From: Fimbriosthenelais zetlandica
Taxonomy: Eukaryota
Assembly (NCBI GenBank): GCA_977030845.1
Contig: OZ365112.1
Span: forward strand, 25,730,001-25,794,000
Length of the DNA: 64,000 nucleotides
Direction: 5' to 3'
Of the stretch, positions 1 through 13,035 are shown piece by piece (the stretch's first letter is position 1; each line of letters starts with the position of its first letter). Under the pieces are notes generated by a model. That model saw only the letters and a program-made list of their open reading frames with translations. It was not told where the DNA came from and made no database searches. Position numbers and translations under genes: made by a program.

Positions 1-798
1 ATTGCTTTATACATTCCAAACACCAAACCAGATCAAGAAACCATCAGATCCATGTGCATAGTCGATTGCAATGTATTTTGATCGAAATTTTTCCCCGGGA
101 TTTTGTTTATCTATATACTTGGTAATTTGGTTTATTTTGACTGATGACCTGGCTGGTCCAGCCATTAGCAGGGTACAACCATTATGTGGCCTCGTTACCG
201 GTAGAAAGATAGCCAGTAAGTAAGATGCCAGCTCTATAAACATCCACATGTGGGCCAACACAAATTAACCCAATCCAATAAACACATTGAAGAATGGCAA
301 ACATGGGTTGTTGGAGGTCCAGCTTTAGGGGGATTGGCTCGAAATGTGGATGGCTTCCTGATGATGCATCGAGTTACAAGTATAAACAGGTCAAGAAGAT
401 CTAACATTGACCTCACGGGACATCTCACAGCCTCTGGTCGCCCCTCTAGTGTTGACCGCTATTGCTGATCCATCAACAACAATTTGTACAATATTTGCTA
501 ACATGAACATGAAGTGAAAACGCTTTTGTTTTTATTTTTATTGAACAAAAGAGCAGTTTCATGGATGATGCCCCTAATAGAAAAACAATTTAGACTCCGT
601 TATCTCTGGCCTGTCTGAGAAATGAATGTTATTAATACATAACTTTTCAATGCACACATTAGCGCATGCGCCGAAATAGAACCTTCACTTAGCTCGAGCT
701 CCTACATATTACCTACAAATATGGACGATATAGAGGCATTACAAAGGAATAAAATATTCCTTATATTGTGATTATAATAGAGCGTGCAGGGAAGCAAA

Positions 799-1260
799 TT
801 TAAAGGTTTTTAACCACTACTACATTGGACAATGGAGACGTCTCAACCTGTGTATAGGTAGGCCACATACTCCCTGGTCGCCTTGTTGTTTACCTACGGT
901 GTGCACTCACTGCACTCACTGGACATTCTCTGCCAACGTTAATACAAAAACTCCTACAGTGTGCTCCCTTGATAACTACTTCGAATTGAGATCAAACGGA
1001 TACTTTGGTGGGTTTTTGGTTGCATCTACTTTGCATCAAGCATGTTTAAAGGATTCTAACCACTATATTGGACAATGGAGACGTCTCAACCTGTGTATAG
1101 GTGGGCCACATCGTGTTTGGTCGCCATGTTATTTACCTACCGTGTACACTCACTGGACATTGCCTACAAAAACTCCTACTGTGTGCTCCTTTGATAACTG
1201 CTTCGTATTGAGATCAAAACAGATACTTTGGTGAGTTTCTTTGTTGCACTTATACTTTGC
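799..1260. repeat. Tandem duplication, two diverged copies, period 246 bp (799-1044; 1045-1260)
   Basis: Both copies start TTTAAAGG and share blocks such as ATTGGACAATGGAGACGTCTCAACCTGTGTATAGGT, CACTCACTGGACATT, TACAAAAACTCCTAC and AGATCAAA(C)..GATACTTTGGTG. The second copy has small deletions. Confidence 0.95.
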
Positions 1261-1274
1261 TGTCACCTATCACC

Positions 1275-1664
1275 ATGGCCGAATCAGAACTTTACTTTAT
1301 CCCGAGAGCCATGGAGCTCAAATCTTGTCAGTTTGTGGCATGCACCTCACATAGCACACGCCTGTATGATAAGCCGATCATTCCTTCTGAGCCAAATAAT
1401 GACAATATAATCCCATCTATTACAAAAAGCTTAGATTTTTCATACAGCAAACTGGAGGGAATGGCCAAACATATCTCGATACAGGGGGCAGTTATTGACT
1501 CCATGCAGAAGAGACTCACCAAACTCGAGCTTGAGAACTCTCAACTTAGAAAAAACCTCATTGAGCTAGAGGAATTTCACCTTACACTTGACTGTAATTC
1601 CCGTAAAAAACATTTGATAATCAATAGCATGACCGAGCTCGAAAGTGAGACTTTTTTCATTTGA
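1275..1664 (+). mobile_element. LINE ORF1-like coiled-coil fragment (129 aa from ATG in ACCATGG context)
   Basis: Heptad-rich segment LEGMAKHISIQGAVIDSMQKRLTKLELENSQLRKNLIELEE is followed by DCNSRKKHLIINSMTELESE, which resembles the LE..SRR.NL.I.G.PE junction of L1-type ORF1 proteins. It ends at a premature TGA. Recognised by eye. Confidence 0.55.
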
Positions 1665-2289
1665 GACCTATCCCAAATGCCTACATATACATTAAATATC
1701 TTGGGTTTTATATATAATTTCTGCACAGGACAATATGTCTGATTGTGTGCAGAAATATAATTATAGATATATCTATCACAAATCTATATTATCGGACATT
1801 CATGTTGAGATGCAGTGTTTCCATATATAATACCCTTGGCCTTGTAAGAGGTGAGTAGTGTGGGAGGTAGCATAGGGTTGAGATTGAGTATATATACCTG
1901 GGTGTGAAGGCTATAACTATAAGATCATTACCTTCCCACGCCGACCTGCCAGCAGTCAGTGCACAGGTAACCTTAATATTCATCCTCTTCCGTGTATTTA
2001 GATGAAAAAGGTGAGGAAAAGTAGGTACGTAAAGGTAGCTCCATACAGTGGCATTGGGAGAATAACAACTGGGCATACCTTTGATATATTACAAAATATA
2101 CCTTAAAACATACCTGTTCATGGCCCTGTAACTGGTTCCAAATTAATGTTTACCATTCATTCCTTGGAACACAGCCAGCAGAAATCGAATAAGTATGCTA
2201 TGACAATAACTAAAGAAGACAACAACTAGACTTAAATGTGACAATTTTCTGGGAGTCTCTAACCTAGGCTATTCCATGCAGTCTTCTGA

Positions 2290-2545
2290 AAGTCAATGCG
2301 CGGGTGTTAAGTATGACAATCCTTGAGGATCCGTGCACTAATTATGAAACTCAATGAGATAGCACACCATATGACATATTATTGTCAGGGGATAATCTTT
2401 TTATGGGATATATGGAGTTAGTATTATGCTATGGCAGGCGTAACAAAAATAGAGAGATTGCATGTGACAGAGGAGAGACTTGAGAAGGAAAGTGAATAAT
2501 CCTGACCCACTTTCACCCGTAAATCTATCACGGAACATGATTCGC
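2290..2545 (+). mobile_element. Degenerate L1/Tx1 endonuclease N-terminal remnant
   Basis: Frameshifted but collinear motifs: VNAR (NVRG), YETQ (QETH), GVSIML (GVAIL), EGK*IIL (GR.I.L) and VNL (VNIYAP). Confidence 0.35.
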
Positions 2546-4566
2546 AACATGCGAGGAAGGTAAACCATCTATGTAAATGTGAGCAGCATGTGGCGAGACG
2601 CTCGCATGTAACGAGGCCAAAAGACCGGCAATGTTTCTACTCACAACGACCGAATTTCCAATTTAAAAATAAATAAATTGATTACATTTTACCATATTAC
2701 TTATCTACCGACGCCCCTGCAAAAACAGTGAGAAAAGTATAATGGCAGAAATGTTATATCATATAGAAATAGTAATATGTTTCTTAAAAGATGTTTTTTC
2801 TTGGTCCCTTTGCCCTCCGTCTGCCTATGTGGGCCCACTTGGATACTATTTGGATTTTCAATACACGACTTTACCCAGTTTCCCCCCTAGCGGAAGAACA
2901 ACCGGAAGCGCTCACTTAGACTTCCGCCAGGATAAAGGTCTAGCATGTGTTTTCACTCCATCCCGGTTCTTCTTACTAGATTTCCTCCAAGAGCTTTTCA
3001 CAGAATTCCAGGCTTCAATTCCCTACTCATATGAATTATATTTTCGAGCAATCCTCGGTGTAATAGATGATTCCCTTTGGTATTATATGAATATTAATAT
3101 GTGTTACTTTTCATCATTCTGAACAAATTCAGAAAAGCATGACTGTATAGCCTAATCTTAGTAATGTTTCCCCTTGTATTTTTCAGACCACCAAAACTGC
3201 CTAATAACTTTAAGGGCAGTAGAAGATGCCTGCCAACCACAATTTAATTTGCGAAGGAAATGACCGCCTTAAAAACAGCCTGAGTTTACCCGAAAAGGTC
3301 GGAAATGAACCAAGTGGAATAACCAACATTGCCAGCCTCCACTGTGTGGAGGGCAGCACCGCAGTCACTAACGAGTCGGGCTGAAGGAAAAGGTCAGCTC
3401 TGATTGGACGATTAGAAGTTTGGAGTGCAGGTCCGGAAATCAGTGATCGCAGGCCTTGTTAGTGGCTCAGGTGAGGCTCTTTGATTGGTGACCAAGGTGA
3501 ATAAGAAATGCTACCACCCGGCCACAGGTGACCGGCTTCTCAGCCAAGCAATGTACAAGAAATGTCAAGCCAATTAGCAAACCCAAAATGTCCATCCATC
3601 ACCCATATATTTCTCATTTTAAAAAATGTCTTGCTTATATATATCCGCTGCACGGAAACACCCACGACTATTTCACTATGGTGTTGGTAGCTTCATCCAT
3701 ATTCCTCATCTGATCCGTCTGGGTTTTTTCTTTCTGAAAAAAATGAAAAAAAATACACCAATGCAACGTGATCCAGAGCTTTTTATCACCGGCTTCTCTC
3801 GACACAACAATAACTCAATGGAGCAGACCAAAATCAATATGATCAGCGAGTTCCTCCAAAACCTGGACGAGGAGAGAGAGAGAAAGAGAGAAAAAAAGAA
3901 AGACTTGTAAAGCTCTCTGCATCCAAGATGTCTTCCATCATGATCGTGTTTGCCTTTCAGCTTTAGAAGGGTGAATCGAGATGAATTGGGCTCGCTTCTG
4001 CTGAGGTCACTTAATCCAGGGTCATGCAGGCGCACGGCCACAAAAATAAATGGTATGTGTCCATTTACCAGACCTTATACCTATAGTCAATCCTCTCTTA
4101 ATCTCAATGATTTTCTGTCTAAATTTACATCTATTGCGATGTTTTAAGTTATACCATGAAGAAACGCAGTTAAATATCCATAAGCATTGACCATTGCTGT
4201 AATAATTATTTTTTTAAAAAAACAGCAAGTCATTAATTTTTGACGATAGCGTGTGTTCTACTTGTCGTGAGAATTTGCTAACCGGACATTGAGCAACTCT
4301 ATTAATAAGCATGTTTAATTGATGATTTAAATGATAGTATTTCCCACTCTTTTGTTACGTATAATAACTTGTTGCTAACATTTCTGTTCTTGGCCTATAG
4401 GTTATAATGGAAGTGGAGGCTAGAAGCGGGCAGTGGAGATGAGAGGAGAGGGCAGTGGGAGGAAACTGTAGCATTATGACTTGAAACAATGTCCGAGTGT
4501 CTGAGAGAGGAAGCAGGTAAGTGGTCTGGCGTGTCCACTCAAAGCCTTATATATACTCTACTATCA

Positions 4567-4655
4567 GACCATGTATTCATGAAACTATAGTTTCATAGTA
4601 TTCATGGTATAGTTTCATAGTATTCATGAAACTATAGTTTCATGAATAAGTGGTC
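4567..4655. repeat. Palindromic micro-array: three 22-28-bp units inside an imperfect inverted repeat
   Basis: Units at 4574, 4599 and 4621 (TATTCATG..TATAGTTTCAT). 4621-4648 TATTCATGAAACTATAGTTTCATGAATA is a perfect 28-bp palindrome. Outer GACCA (4567) pairs with TGGTC (4651-4655). Confidence 0.95.
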
Positions 4656-7160
4656 CAACTGCGTGTAGAATAGAAAGCATACATTATCTGTATGAGCCTC
4701 AATATCTAGTAGTGTTAGGGGTTATTCGTTAAACATTATTTCATTGTAACACAACCTAATATTTACCTACATTGTCTAAGTCAATAGCTCACATATTCAT
4801 TAGTCTATTTCATCATTGACATTTGGATGAATCCATCATTGACCTTGTTTATACAATCCCAAATGGTGACCAACGAGAGGGTCTTAACTATAACACATCT
4901 CTATTACATATTCCCTAATGCTCATAATCTGTATCAGGCTATCATGTGAAAGCCCTTGACCACAAAAACACCAGAATAAATAAAGCAGTTAAGGGAAGGA
5001 AGTACATGACTGTGGCTATACAGGTTTGGACCACTTAGTCGTGGCTTTCAGTAGTGTTGTCTATGCTCCCGGGAAGCCAGCTTCACTCATTGAAGAGATA
5101 ACATCCAGCTTTGACCCCTGAATGACCTTAGAATTGATGTGATCAAGCCTCACCCTGCCCCCTACCGTCCACCTCCTTCTCCTGCTTTCAGACTTCAAAG
5201 ACCTCCTCCCAGTCTTCCACTCTTCCCGCAGGGAAAAGCCATCTTGTCTGCATAGGAATAATATGGATTGATTAGGGGCTTTTCCATTGTTATTTTTCCC
5301 TCTAAGATTTGTGCCAAGACCCCTCGCTCTTGCCTCACAAAATTGTGAACAGGTCGGAATTGATGGCACATTGAATGAAGAATGATTGATATTGAGTTTC
5401 TTTAAACAATCGAATAATTCTTCTACACAATTGTCCCTGACTCCTGTCTTGAAAAGGACAATGCCCTGGCAGAGGTCTCAAACCAAATATAGGACACAAA
5501 TTTTACCTGAACCGATGGTCCCCAAGCCCGCAGGGATTACCAATTACAAATACTCTTTAATTTGCTAATTGCTGTGACTAAATACTACATTATCCTAACA
5601 GACATAATGGCGAACAACGAAGAAACTTTTCCATCTCAATTAGTCCAGATTAAGTGGAACAAGATAACACAATCACAAGGGCCGCGTGTGTTTGTACAGC
5701 ATTATGTCCTAACACAAAAATGTTTCCTAATATTTCAAATATCTGAAAAGATGGATTATCTTCAGAAGGAAAAAAAATCTCAGCATAAGAAGAGTAAAAA
5801 AACCGCCACAGGTGCCTCTACAAGCAGACTAGGGCATTTAGGGAGACAAACAGTTTTTGGCCTGGAGGTCCTGTCATTTGATCGTTATTTCAGAGCAACC
5901 ATTCCACCTGTATAACCAAGATTAAGGAGCTTGGGGCGTGGGGCCTATTTCTAAAGGGGAGGGGGAGAATCTGGTGAAATTTTCCTCATTTCCGAGTCTA
6001 AATCGAGTGCCTCGATATAAGCTTCATCAAGGAGCCTGAGGCTCTCCTCATCTTATTTTCTTTCCAATTATACCGCGGCCTAAAGCGTATTGCATTATTG
6101 GTCAATTACCGTCCATGACTCCACCCCGGCCACTGTGTCGTCCCAACCTTTTTTTTCTCTTATTGTGCCACTTTTTTAAAGGAACAAAAGCAATTAAGTG
6201 GTCCGGGCGACCTGGAATTGTTATGTAAAGTGTATCTTCCGTGCATCCGAGAAAGGTTGACCTGGGTTATCCAGGCAAATGAGGAAAAATAGGCAATTAC
6301 ATGACAAATGATTGTTAGGAAGTTCTGATGGCAATGGAAGAGATCATGCCACCCGTTGCACCTTATTGTTCAAGGGTCAACCAAGTAGAAGATCATCATT
6401 AGTTTATCTATAATGAAGAGTCACTTTAAAGAAGAAAAATCCCTGATATATTTACCAATTGCTCTAATAGGTCTCCTTGACAAATTATCTTCACAGTTAG
6501 TTCATATGCTAGAAAGAATGGATTCAGCGTGGGGGTTCCTAACAAAATATCACAGCCGTATTCATAAATCACACGTCAACTTGAAGTGAGAAAAAGGGAA
6601 ATAAAATCTAATCTATATATCATATTGCACGGGCAAACATCCTTATCTCTAAAAAGTAAATGGATTCACATTGCAGCCTTATGTTTCTTATCGTCCTATC
6701 CAAAAAGGGGAATAGACTCAACTTCCATGGGTGGAGAAAGGCTGAGAGACCAGTCATCTATTCTAACAGATAACTTCAACGTTTTTTACTGCCAACCAAA
6801 AGGCTGATGGGAGATCTGCGTTCTTTTTTTTTCTTCGGGCCCTCACACAAAACGCTTTTCCATACATCAGTCTATATTCAGTGGAATAACGTTTGTTGGC
6901 GACGACGACGAGACTAAACCCCCATGGCTCTGTTGAAAGGAAGCCAACCGGAAGCAGAGATTGCAGTCTATTGCGCATGACCGCCTGCTCTAATGGCGCC
7001 TCTAGTGAGCGGCTCGCGGGGGGATCGTTAGGCCAGATGTTTTAATGACTATTCCACTCATTGTTCCCCAAAGCCAAAAATGTCATCTGGGAGAAAGGTT
7101 GGACCATCCTTGGCATACTCTTCTTTGTCTCAGAGCCACCAATTATGTGTGGTAGCGATT

Positions 7161-7190
7161 GAGAGAGAGATAGAGAGAGAGTGAGAGATA
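7161..7190. repeat. Interrupted (GA)n microsatellite
   Basis: GAGAGAGAGATAGAGAGAGAGTGAGAGATA. Confidence 0.85.
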
Positions 7191-8560
7191 CAAATGTAAT
7201 ACCCGACTACTTTACTTGGGGGAGGAGAAAGTCAAGAAGCCCCAAGCCCGCGAAGGGGCGAAAGAAGCTGGCAATTGATATTTGTCTAAGGGATTGCGAG
7301 AGGTTCACTAAGGAAATCTTGTTCTGTCACGCAGCCTCAGTCACAAAATGATATGTCATCAATCATTCAACCAATAGATGCAGCAGGCTCCATATCATTC
7401 TATCTGCACCCCATTTTGTCAATCCCCGTCGTGATATATGTTAGAACTCACTAACTTGAAAACACTGGTGGGGCCTATTTGTCCTACTTGTTCATGCCTT
7501 ATTCAGTACTCTCTATTCATATTTTGGCTATACCGCAGCGATATGCAGCTCTTCACACACATGTTTTGCATATATGGTAAAGACTTTGGATATTATGTAT
7601 ACTTTGCATGGTTTCATTCTCCCTGACATGCTAAAACATAGCTATTACACTGATAGCCAATACTAATAGATCCATCATTCCATAGGATAATTTGTCATTG
7701 AAAGAATACCTAAGAAATCCAAAGATTTTTAACCCAATTCATTTTTTGCACCGAGAAATTGTTCCACTTACAACATCCATTGAAAGTTTATTCTCGCCGG
7801 CTGTTCAAAAAGCTATTCTCGGAAGATTTGGAATCAGAAATCTCTCTGAAACAACTTGGTTTTGATAGGACCCCCAGTTGATAGAGAGGAAGGGTGGGGA
7901 GAGCGCAGTAGTGTAGCAAACCTCCTGTAGGTGCCGCGACAGGCGCTCACCGCGTGAAGCGGTAATACCTCGCACCTGTGCCAACACAAGATCTCATAGA
8001 ATGGAAGAATATTTGGATTCGAACTTCCCCTGACTCCTCCTAGAAAAAAACTCTATTTTTTTCTCCCATTCCCATTGCCATCCGCGCCCTCATTACATTA
8101 GAAACCTTTTTGTCAATTGATCCCGACCTGCATGTTTTTTTTAAATATGCACGAAACCTGCCCGTTGAGACCTTCAAAAATCACAAGGCAATGTTTTGAT
8201 TTACTTAAAACACAGGGTTTTAGACACACCCTTCTATATGTATATACGTACTAGAAGGTAGGGAACATTGTAAGGTATATCCCACTGGAAATGGGTCAAA
8301 GAATCCATGAGATTTTTACATGGTCTCAAAGCGCGAAAGTATGTTAAAAATAGAGTAAAATCTTATAGATTCAAAAGTAGATCTACGACCTATACATCTT
8401 GGCATCATTGTATTCATCATGAAAATCTACTACTGTTAGTAAATTCTGACAGAAATCATCAACCCACACTTCAAAACACTTTACAAGTGACCCACGGTTC
8501 GGTCAATAAGTTGACGATATATAGTCCATCCATCCCATTCCGCAGCCTTGTCAAGCAGGC

Positions 8561-8803
8561 TATATAAATCTAACCAAGTTGCCCTTTCATTTTCAGCTCG
8601 TGCTACTCGTGGACTGAAGCTCTGAGGTCAGACAAACATGGCTTCTCGTCTGGCTGACCGCGCGTGTGGCTTCGTGTCGTGGCCTCCAATCTGGACAGTC
8701 AATTTACTGGGAAATTGCTCAGTTTCTGACACGCCTGACCTGCGCTAGAACAAGCCTGACCTGTCAGTCGACATCTCTCAGCGCGAGAGACATGGAGGTA
8801 AGG
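8561..8803 (+). promoter_or_regulatory. Candidate Pol II core promoter and first exon
   Basis: TATATAAA at 8561, Inr-like TCATTTT with A at 8589 (28 nt later), a CpG-rich 200-nt body, then ATG GAG (8792-8797) and donor GTAAGG (8798-8803). Confidence 0.35.
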
Positions 8804-9715
8804 AAAGGCAGGGGGAAATGAAAGGACTTGGCCTTGTAGTACGAGTTTTAGACTGAAGTTAATTAACTCACGAGTAAGGGAAATTGATAATAGTACACCA
8901 TATTTGAATATAATTTGATTATATTGTATATTATTATTTGCCGTTATGATGTGGAATGTACTCTATGATATGACTATATTTCTATAAATTTCTATTTTCT
9001 ATTTTTATTAGACAACCGAATTAGAAGTTGGTCAGACTCTAGGCGAGATGCATACATGTGTTCATTCCGGCAACCCCTCATCGTCAAGCATTGGTAATAA
9101 CGCAAGCAAATCTTAATCAATTCTTAGTAATGTTAAGTTAAGTTAAGCCTAGTTAAGTCTACATTACTAACTTAATATTAAGTCAGGGGCAATTTGATGT
9201 ATTCAAATTCTCCAGAAAATAAACAATAGGATTAAGACATCATGCATTTGTTTCTGCTTGACCGAACGGAATCACTTTATCAGTCATTGTATTGAAAAGA
9301 AAAGAAGAATACAATATGATATTGAAAAGGGACTTAACATAGAAAAATAACAACCATCGTTAAAAATAATGTTGAAATTCAATCCGGGCCTCCAGGCCGT
9401 ACCGCCATATGGTGAAGGCGACGTTAGGATTCAAACGGCGCTAATTAGTCTGTAGTCGTGACCGTGCATACTCTTGACGACAGCTGCCTGAAATCTTCAA
9501 TATCACTCCTCCCCTACCGCCATTATTCCCATCACGTCTACGACACAACGACAGCATCTAAATGTCATCTCGAGAAAAGCTAAATTCTTATCCCGTCCTG
9601 GAAAACAAAAGGAAAACTCCCTTTGACTTAACAGACAATAATTACGAGACTTGCCTGGAAAGTTTCCCTCCAAGTCTCCATTTCAAATGTCTCCTTTGAT
9701 GTTCCAATCATCGTT

Positions 9716-9756
9716 GGGAGGGAGGATGGGTGGGTGGGTGGTGGGGGTGGATCGGG
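9716..9756 (+). other. Potential G-quadruplex
   Basis: Seven G-runs of 3 or more, including GGGTGGGTGGG..GGGGG. Confidence 0.6.
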
Positions 9757-9789
9757 AAGAAAACCGTAGCCCATACTTGAGTATGACAA

Positions 9790-10060
9790 AAGCGGGGCCT
9801 GGGTGCTGTTTGATGAAGATGGAATGAAGACCTGTGTGACTTTATTATTTTTGTGAAATATTATCAGGAGGAAGCATTGTCTTGACACGGTTGAGCAGAG
9901 TGAAGCATGACTGTGAGCGGCCTTGGTCGTGTTAGTGATTGGATATATTGTCTCACATTTCTCAAGCATGCTCTTCCACTCAATTTCCAGACATGTAGCC
10001 TTATAAAACCTATCCAAATCTTCGTCTCAGATCCGTTGCCTGAACAACAAAGTTGATATT
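9790..10060 (-). mobile_element. Degenerate L1/Tx1 RT N-terminal remnant
   Basis: ORF 9628-10017 reads DRFYKA..., then SLCSTVSRQCFLLIIFHKNNK, resembling EFYK.F...LP.S...A.I.LI.K..K. Confidence 0.3.
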
Positions 10061-10485
10061 TTAATGCTAGATCACTTACAAAGCAAGTTATGAGGTCCCA
10101 GATGTTCCTAACTTGTATTGCCATTGTACCAATCATTTCTACAATAACTACAGTTTATAAACAGTAAACTATCACTTAGCTGGTCTGTATTTTTAAGAAA
10201 CCTGAGTGACAATCCCCAAGGCAGTTTTGACAAAGTTTCATGCACTATTTTAAAGCCTTCCCTGAAAACCACACCCTGATATCCATTTTATTCTATAAAG
10301 TTTTAATCCTAAACTATATAGAGCTCTTGATCAAGAAGATTCCACCCTAATATATGCTCCATAAAACCCACCTACCCACATCCCCCACCCACCCATCTGA
10401 TCCCATCAACGAATGGAGAGTAGCTCCACGTGTATTGACGATCAGCTCGCCACCAACTCAGCCTTTCCTATAAAGAAGCCTGCAC

Positions 10486-10503
10486 CACTGCGCCACCTAG
10501 CCT
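10486..10503. promoter_or_regulatory. CTCF-like motif
   Basis: CACTGCGCCACCTAGCCT versus the GCGCCMCCTAGTGG core; 11 of 14 positions match. Confidence 0.3.
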
Positions 10504-10949
10504 GAGTGTCGAGAAGCCAGTAGGCCAAGTATAAACATGGCATGGTTAACTGGCAGCCAGCGAATCATTGCCAGTAGCGTGGTGGTAGGACTACACTCCA
10601 CACACAGGTGATAACAACACTCAGACTCCCATACACCATTTACACCTCTCTCTCTCTATGCTCTATCCCCGGACTTAAAACTAACACACAATCAGTGGAA
10701 TACTATACCATTCACTGTCCATCCACCATCATCCAACAGGGGTTTACTGGATTAATGGGGACACATGTGGCCTCTTCCCTGATCCAAGGGGAAAAACCCT
10801 AAGGAGGGAGTGAGGGGTAGAGGGTTGCGGCTGGTGGAGGTAGGAGCGGTGAGGGATGATGGGGTAGCTAAGTTGGACTCCCTACTCGTCCCCGTGTGTG
10901 TATTGGTGAGTGTGGACTATATAGCACGCTTGGAGGAACAGCTGAGACC

Positions 10950-11061
10950 TTCAGTTAAAGCTACGACTGGTCGGCAGTTTAAGCTGAAACTGGTGGGCCG
11001 GCAGATACCATATATACTCCCAACCATCCTCACCATCCCAAGTGTATTCCCTTTAACTTAA
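10950..11061 (+). mobile_element. L1/Tx1 post-RT remnant
   Basis: KLKLVGRQIPYILPTILTIPSVFP resembles LSL.GR..L.K..LP..Y..SV.P. Confidence 0.3.
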
Positions 11062-13035
11062 AACCCCAAGTAAACTCTCAGTGGATAATAAAAGAAAAGT
11101 GGACTTAAAAGATTTCATATATCCCCTGGAATAAATATAGAAATATATTTTTTAAATCAGAAACCTAGTTGTCTATGGATATAAGGAGTGACTTTTAAGT
11201 GAACCATTTCCATTCAGGATTTTACAAGAGAGAGGAAGGAAACCGAACCCTTTGGTGTTTTACCATTTGCTTTGATGTGGGTCACTGCCAATGGACACTT
11301 CTGACTAGACATACGATATCCCTGTGCTAGTATTCCCCTTCATTGACCAATACAACTTTACGGAGTGTAAATATTGCCCCCTATCCACTGCCTTCTAACT
11401 CAAACAAATTGGATACCAGTGCGGGTTGGAAGGATATGAGTGTGACTTCAGTGCATTCAAGTTTAAATCTATGACATAGACCAATGAGGACAACCTCCAC
11501 AGCTCGAGGGGTCTTGAGTCCTAGGGTTCAGTGAACATCAGGGACCGTTCCTTATACTAGCAATTTACTCCTACTCTCTCTCTCTATATATATATACACA
11601 CCACAATCGTGTGGTGTAGACATATATAAATAAAACCCCTCATTGGATATACACTAGCCACGGTCCCATTTAAAAGGAATGAGATATATTTATACTGCGT
11701 TCAATCACACCTATTTGAAATTGAAATGCAAAGCTTGCCTAAATAGGAGATACATTACTCAGCGGTGTGTGTTCGCTTTGATTGGATCCTGATTACACAT
11801 TCAAACACTGAAGGTAAACCCAACATTGAGGATACGAAGGCGTTACACAAACCTTGCCCGGGATTATCATTCTAATTCCATATAATTGATCGCCCTAAGC
11901 TTCTTCCAACGTTAAGAAGAGAGAAGGAAGAGGAGAGGAGGTTTTTCTACTTCTTTAGTGTGCGTTTTCCAAGCAAAAAGGAGCCCTTCTTTTGAACCGA
12001 ACCAAGGAAAAAACAGGTGATTAGTTTGATACTTGTTGTATTGCATTGATCCATCAGTTGAGGTAGAATGTCTAGGTTATTACTATAGGGTTAAGTCGTC
12101 CACAGCCCATATATTATTGGTTGATTCAATACCTGTGATGTGACATATGAAGGCTTCAGAAGAGCTATTGCCCATTTATATGATCTATGTACCTCTCCCT
12201 CACAGAGGGAGAAGCTAACTTTTAAATGTTCCCCCAAGCTGGCCCCGATCCCTGGACGCTTTTATGTTGGCCTGGTTATGTTGAGAACTAGGTTTATATC
12301 ACTGGAGTGGGATCTGCCATTTGTTTCCCCTCTGCACGATTGTCCACAGAAAGTGGGATTTATTTTGACAGGTGTTGTTTTGAGTACACCTCCAGCCTCC
12401 CCTCTGATGACCATCAAGGGTCACTTGGGTACTATTGGTGTGCCGCAGTACAAGAGCTCTGGGGCATATTTTTAAGCAGAAGCCAGTTCTCCTTCTTCCA
12501 ACCAATTTATAAAAAAAAAAACAACGTTAGCAGCAGTGATGTTTTCCCTATGATATATGCCCCTTCAGCATTATACTGTTCTTGCAAGTTATACACTCCA
12601 TTAATTACTTCGTAAGAAGAATATCCTACGGCCGCTTGAATTACATGGGTGGGGCACCGTGAAATAATTAATGAAATACACAGGTAAGACATAGTGGCTT
12701 CATGTATCAAAATGACAATCCTTATGGGAAACAAGAGACGGCTCTGTGTTGCCCCTATGGATCTATCTAATCCAATGGGGAATGACATATTATAAGCCAG
12801 GACCCTGGCCCCCACTCTGACTTTTCCCCATCTGACCCTGACTTAGTTGTTGCTACTAGTAGTACTTGTACAAGAGGGGAGAGGGATATACATGCAGGTA
12901 GCAGATCTAGAAGGTCGGTACACCTGTGTAGGTTTCCTCCACTGTAGACAAACCTTGTCTTGTTTACCTGATCCCATGCCTCCAGTTTACCCAAGCCCAA
13001 GCAGCCCCTAAACCAGAGCTTGAGCTCTTGGAATT

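Noticed and set aside
899-1234. 111-aa ORF with an internal repeat
   Set aside because: The repeat simply reflects the 246-bp DNA tandem duplication.
9385-9470. tRNA/SINE-like B-box (GTTTGAATCC on the - strand); similar GTTCGAATCC near 8015-8025
   Set aside because: There is no matching A-box and no cloverleaf could be built.
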